Assembly: GCA_040905465.1 (NCBI GenBank) | Contig: JBBDRK010000081.1 | Location: 1 to 29,018 of the forward strand | DNA length: 29,018 nt | Direction: 5' to 3' | Origin: Trueperaceae bacterium | Lineage (GTDB): Bacteria; Deinococcota; Deinococci; Deinococcales; Trueperaceae | Part shown: positions 25,420 to 29,018 of the stretch, piece after piece | Numbering within the stretch: the stretch's first letter is position 1 | Layout: each line of letters opens with the position of its first letter | Program-made: the position numbers and the translations under genes | Notes under the pieces: model-generated | The model's input: only the letters and a program-made list of their open reading frames with translations | Database searches by the model: none | What the model was told of the DNA's origin: nothing

Positions 25420-28341
25420 GTGAGCAAGGCAGCACCGACAAAGCTCGTTATCGTGGAATCGCCGACAAAGGCGCGCACCATCAGGCGTTTCCTCCCAGGG
25501 GAGTACCAGGTGGAGGCCAGCATGGGTCACGTCCGTGACCTGCCGGCGTCCGCGGCCGAGATACCCGAGGAGTTCAAGAGCAAGGCCTGGGCCCGCCTCG
25601 GTGTCCGGGTGGAGGACGGTTTCGAGCCGCTCTATATAGTGTCGCCTCGCAAGAAGCAGGTGGTGACGCAGCTCAAGAAGGCGCTCAAGGGAGCGACCGA
25701 GCTCTTTATCGCGACGGATGAGGACCGCGAGGGCGAGTCGATCGGCTGGCATCTCGTGGAACTGCTGGAGCCCACGGTTCCGGTGCGCCGTATGGTGTTC
25801 CACGAGATCACCGCAGACGCGATCCTCCGCGCACTGGACGAAACCCGGGCGATCGACCGTCATCTGGTCGACGCGCAGGAGACCAGGCGCGTCCTCGACC
25901 GGCTGGTGGGCTACACGATCTCCCCGTTGCTGTGGAAGAAGATCGCGCCCAAGCTTTCCGCCGGGCGCGTGCAGAGCGTGGCGGTGCGGCTGATGGTACT
26001 GCGCGAACATGAGCGCCTGCGCTTCGTGCCGGCCGGATACTGGGACCTGAAAGCCCGACTGGCGCGAGCGGCACGGCCAGCGTCGGACAGCGGTCCGGGC
26101 GCCGCCTTCGAGGCCGTCCTCACCCATCTCAAAGGGATACGGCTGGCCAGCGGCCGGGACTTCGACCCCGATAGCGGGCAGTTGAAAGTGGGCCTCGATG
26201 CCGGCAACAACGTGCTCCTCCTGCAGGAGAGCCGGGCCGAGGACATCGCCGCCAAGGCCGAGCATGCGCCGTTCACCGTGCGCTCGGTCGAGGAACGACA
26301 GGCCAAGCGCTCGCCGGCGCCGCCGTTCACAACGTCGACTCTGCAGCAGGAAGCCAGCCGAAAGCTGGGGATGTCGGCGCGCGATACCATGCGCGTGGCC
26401 CAGGGCCTCTACGAGAACGGTCACATCACCTACATGCGTACCGACTCCACCAATCTGGCGCAGGAGGCGATAGACGGCAGCCGGCAAGCCATCGAGGCGC
26501 TGTACGGCAAGGAGTACCTGAGTCCGGCGGCGCGCCAGTACGCCACCAAGTCGAAGAGTGCCCAGGAAGCGCACGAGGCGATACGCCCGGCCGGTCGCGA
26601 TATGCGCACCGCCGACGCGATCGGGTTGGCCGCGCGTGAGAAGCAGCTGTACGATCTCATCTGGAAGCGCACGGTCGCCAGCCAGATGGCCGAGGCGCGC
26701 CTGAAGTTCGTGACCGCGACAATAGATGCGGACCTGGGCGAAGACGACATCGCCACCTTTCGGGCGACTGGGCGCACCACCATCTTCCCCGGCTTCTTCC
26801 GCGCCTACGTCGAGGGCAGCGACGATCCCGAAGCCGCCCTCGAGGAACGCGAGCAGCCGCTCCCCGACCTGACCGAGGGCGACGCCCTCGACTCCCATGG
26901 CGTGGAAGCGGCCGGCCACGAGACCAAACCGCCGGCGCGTTACACCGAGGCGTCGCTGGTGAAGCTGCTCGAGAGCGAGGGGATAGGTCGTCCCTCCACC
27001 TACGCCTCCATCATCGACACAGTCATCAACCGCGGTTACGCCCGCAAGAACGCCTCCCAACTGGTGCCGACCTTTACCGCCTTCGCCGTCAACAACCTGC
27101 TCGAGCACCAGTTCCGCCAACTGGTGGATACCGAGTTCACCGCCAACATGGAGCAGGCGCTCGACGACATCGCCGCCGGGGCGCTCGACGCCACTCCCTA
27201 CCTGAAGAGGTTCTACCTGGGCGAGCAAGGCCTCGAATCGCGGGTCAAAATCGGGCTCGAGGAGATCGACGCCCGGGAGATCTCCACCATCCGCTCGCCC
27301 AAGTGGGATCCGTACCTGGTGCGAGTCGGCCGCTTCGGACCGTACGTGGAGGGGACGCTGGAGGGCGAGCGGGCGACCACCTCTATCCCCGAGGACGCCG
27401 CTCCCGCCGACCTCACTCGCGAGCGCCTCGAGGAGATGCTGGTCGAAGGAAACAAGGGCGACCTGGTGCTCGGTGAGTTCCCGGGAACCGACCAGTCGAT
27501 GCTCCTCAAGCGCGGCCGCTACGGCCCCTACCTGCAGTTGGGCGAGGCCACCGACAACGGCGCGAAACCAAAGCGAATGTCGATCCCCGCGGGGACCGAT
27601 CCCGGGGAGGTCGGCCCCGAGCTGGCCACGGCGCTGCTGTCGCTGCCCCGTCCGCTCGGCACCCACCCCGAGAGCGGCCAGCCGGTCGAGGCGAGCATCG
27701 GCCGCTACGGCCCATACGTGAAACACGGCCGCACCTTCGCCTCGCTGGGCAAGGAAGACGACGTCCTCGAGGTGACGCTCGAGCGGGGCCTGGAGTTGCT
27801 GGCCAAGAAGCGCGGCCGCAGCGAGCCGCTCAAGGTGCTGGGCAAGCATCCCGTGTCGGGCGAGGACGTCGAGTTGCACGAGGGGCGCTACGGTCCTTAC
27901 GTGAAACACGAGAAGACCAACGCTTCGCTGTCGAGGGATCAGAGCCCGGAAACCGTCACCCTCGAGGAGGCGCTCGAGCTGCTGGCCGCGCGCGAAGCCA
28001 AGGGCGGCAAGGGCAAGGGCGGCCGCAAGAAGACTGCCGCGAAGAGCAAAGTCGCCGCGACCAAAGGCAGCAAGGCAAAGGGAAAGAAGGCCAAGCCCAA
28101 GAAGCCGGCCGGTCCCAAGGCCACGCCGAAGGATCTCCGCGCGTTCCTGGGCGAGCTCGAGGAGACGACTGCCGAGGTGGTGCGCCGGATCGAGGGGCTC
28201 GACGGCGAGAAGCGCCCTGTCGCGGATGTCGCCGACTCCCTGGGACTGGCCGAAGAAGAGGTCAAGGCACTGCACAAGCGCGGCATGTTCAAGCTGCGGA
28301 TGGCCTACGGCAAGGCGCGGAAGGCTGCCGAACCGGCCTGA
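25420..28341 (+). CDS. topA: DNA topoisomerase I (type IA) with Topo C-terminal repeats, Lys-rich tail and terminal HTH
   Basis: [39 protein letters not shown] and GIGRPSTY; four GR(F/Y)GPY repeats; no zinc-ribbon cysteines. Confidence 0.97.
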   Translation: MSKAAPTKLVIVESPTKARTIRRFLPGEYQVEASMGHVRDLPASAAEIPEEFKSKAWARLGVRVEDGFEPLYIVSPRKKQVVTQLKKALKGATELFIATDEDREGESIGWHLVELLEPTVPVRRMVFHEITADAILRALDETRAIDRHLVDAQETRRVLDRLVGYTISPLLWKKIAPKLSAGRVQSVAVRLMVLREHERLRFVPAGYWDLKARLARAARPASDSGPGAAFEAVLTHLKGIRLASGRDFDPDSGQLKVGLDAGNNVLLLQESRAEDIAAKAEHAPFTVRSVEERQAKRSPAPPFTTSTLQQEASRKLGMSARDTMRVAQGLYENGHITYMRTDSTNLAQEAIDGSRQAIEALYGKEYLSPAARQYATKSKSAQEAHEAIRPAGRDMRTADAIGLAAREKQLYDLIWKRTVASQMAEARLKFVTATIDADLGEDDIATFRATGRTTIFPGFFRAYVEGSDDPEAALEEREQPLPDLTEGDALDSHGVEAAGHETKPPARYTEASLVKLLESEGIGRPSTYASIIDTVINRGYARKNASQLVPTFTAFAVNNLLEHQFRQLVDTEFTANMEQALDDIAAGALDATPYLKRFYLGEQGLESRVKIGLEEIDAREISTIRSPKWDPYLVRVGRFGPYVEGTLEGERATTSIPEDAAPADLTRERLEEMLVEGNKGDLVLGEFPGTDQSMLLKRGRYGPYLQLGEATDNGAKPKRMSIPAGTDPGEVGPELATALLSLPRPLGTHPESGQPVEASIGRYGPYVKHGRTFASLGKEDDVLEVTLERGLELLAKKRGRSEPLKVLGKHPVSGEDVELHEGRYGPYVKHEKTNASLSRDQSPETVTLEEALELLAAREAKGGKGKGGRKKTAAKSKVAATKGSKAKGKKAKPKKPAGPKATPKDLRAFLGELEETTAEVVRRIEGLDGEKRPVADVADSLGLAEEEVKALHKRGMFKLRMAYGKARKAAEPA

Positions 28342-28456
28342 GGCCGTCACCGGCGAATTGACGCCGGCGAACGAGGCTGGCGATGAGGCCGGCGGATTAC
28401 GCCGCTCAATGAGGCTGGCGAACGCCGCACGCCAGGCGTAGCCGTACAATGACCGA

Positions 28457-29018
28457 GTGAGCGCGCGCTACCACCTGGGCCACGGCATCGTCATCAGGCG
28501 CCAGTCGCTGCCGTCGGGCGACGTGGTGGTCACGCTGCTGGCGGAGCACGGCAAGTGGAAGGGCATCGCCCGCAAGGGCAAGCTTCCCGGCGGCAATCTG
28601 GGCCGGCTCAGCCTGTTCCACGACGTCACCGTGCAGTTCTACCGAAGACGTGAGGACGATCTGGCGCTGCTGACCCAGATCAAGCTCAACGGCGCTCTGC
28701 CCAGGCTGGCCGATCCGTCGGTCTACCCGTACGCCCACATCCTCGCCGAGCTGGCCGACGCGCTCACGGTCGACGTGCACATCGGCGAGCCGCTCTACGA
28801 GTACCTCGCCTCAGGCCTGCGGGGACTCGACCGCCATCCCGACCCGGAGCGGGTGGCGCTACTCTACGCCTGGCGCCTGCTTCAGCAGGCCGGCCTGGCG
28901 CCGCGAACCAGAGACTGCGGCGGTTGCGGTAGCGATGCACCGGCCGAGGCCCTCGACGTGGCCGCCGGCGCACTCATGTGCGGCGGCTGCGGGGGGGGGG
29001 GGGGGGGGGGGGGGGGGG
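28457..29018 (+). CDS. recO: DNA repair protein RecO, 3'-truncated
   Basis: Not in the ORF track (no stop in the window). GTG at 28457 reads MSARYHLGHGIVIRRQSLPSGDVVVTLL...LSLFHDV...AHILAELADAL...CGGC...CGGC, like Deinococcus RecO. TACAAT lies 6 nt before the start. Confidence 0.9.
   Translation, partial: MSARYHLGHGIVIRRQSLPSGDVVVTLLAEHGKWKGIARKGKLPGGNLGRLSLFHDVTVQFYRRREDDLALLTQIKLNGALPRLADPSVYPYAHILAELADALTVDVHIGEPLYEYLASGLRGLDRHPDPERVALLYAWRLLQQAGLAPRTRDCGGCGSDAPAEALDVAAGALMCGGCGGGGGGGGG
28991..29018 (+). other. Terminal 28-nt poly-G, probable sequencing/assembly artefact
   Basis: Homopolymer at the sequence end that interrupts recO. Confidence 0.85.

Noticed and set aside
25414-28449. 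1011-aa antisense ORF opposite topA, and similar long antisense ORFs (6309..8567, 831..2120, 11731..13197, 21700..23448)
   Set aside because: Shadow ORFs expected from high-GC codon bias; no recognisable motifs.
28991-29018. Poly-G as a G-quadruplex or phase-variable tract
   Set aside because: It lies at the very end of the sequence and interrupts recO, which is typical of two-colour sequencing artefacts.

Overview
High-GC chromosomal segment, most likely from a Deinococcota (possibly Trueperaceae-like) bacterium. This is inferred from RecR and RecO resembling the Deinococcus proteins and from many genes having a TANNNT box just before the start codon. Most of it is housekeeping: a partial glutaredoxin-like gene, typA, scpA, histidine phosphatase, SDR, pyrD, pduO, MscS, ispG, an exported two-domain protein, an IMPase/HisN-family gene, dgt, a PrcB-type lipoprotein, a glycosyltransferase/FAD oxidoreductase pair, a DUF815-type ATPase/patatin pair, and dnaX-ybaB-recR-topA-recO (recO cut off by a poly-G end). 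A ~3.2 kb accessory islet after typA holds an HTH gene remnant, an MNT-HEPN toxin-antitoxin pair and a wHTH-Fic gene with a non-canonical active site and repeated operator-like boxes. Highlights: (1) dnaX appears to use an inverted -1 frameshift (A AAA AAG just before the stop) that makes the long product; (2) TopA ends in a sigma-70 region-4-like domain; (3) recR appears to start at CTG overlapping the ybaB stop. All calls are by eye from motifs; no searches were run.
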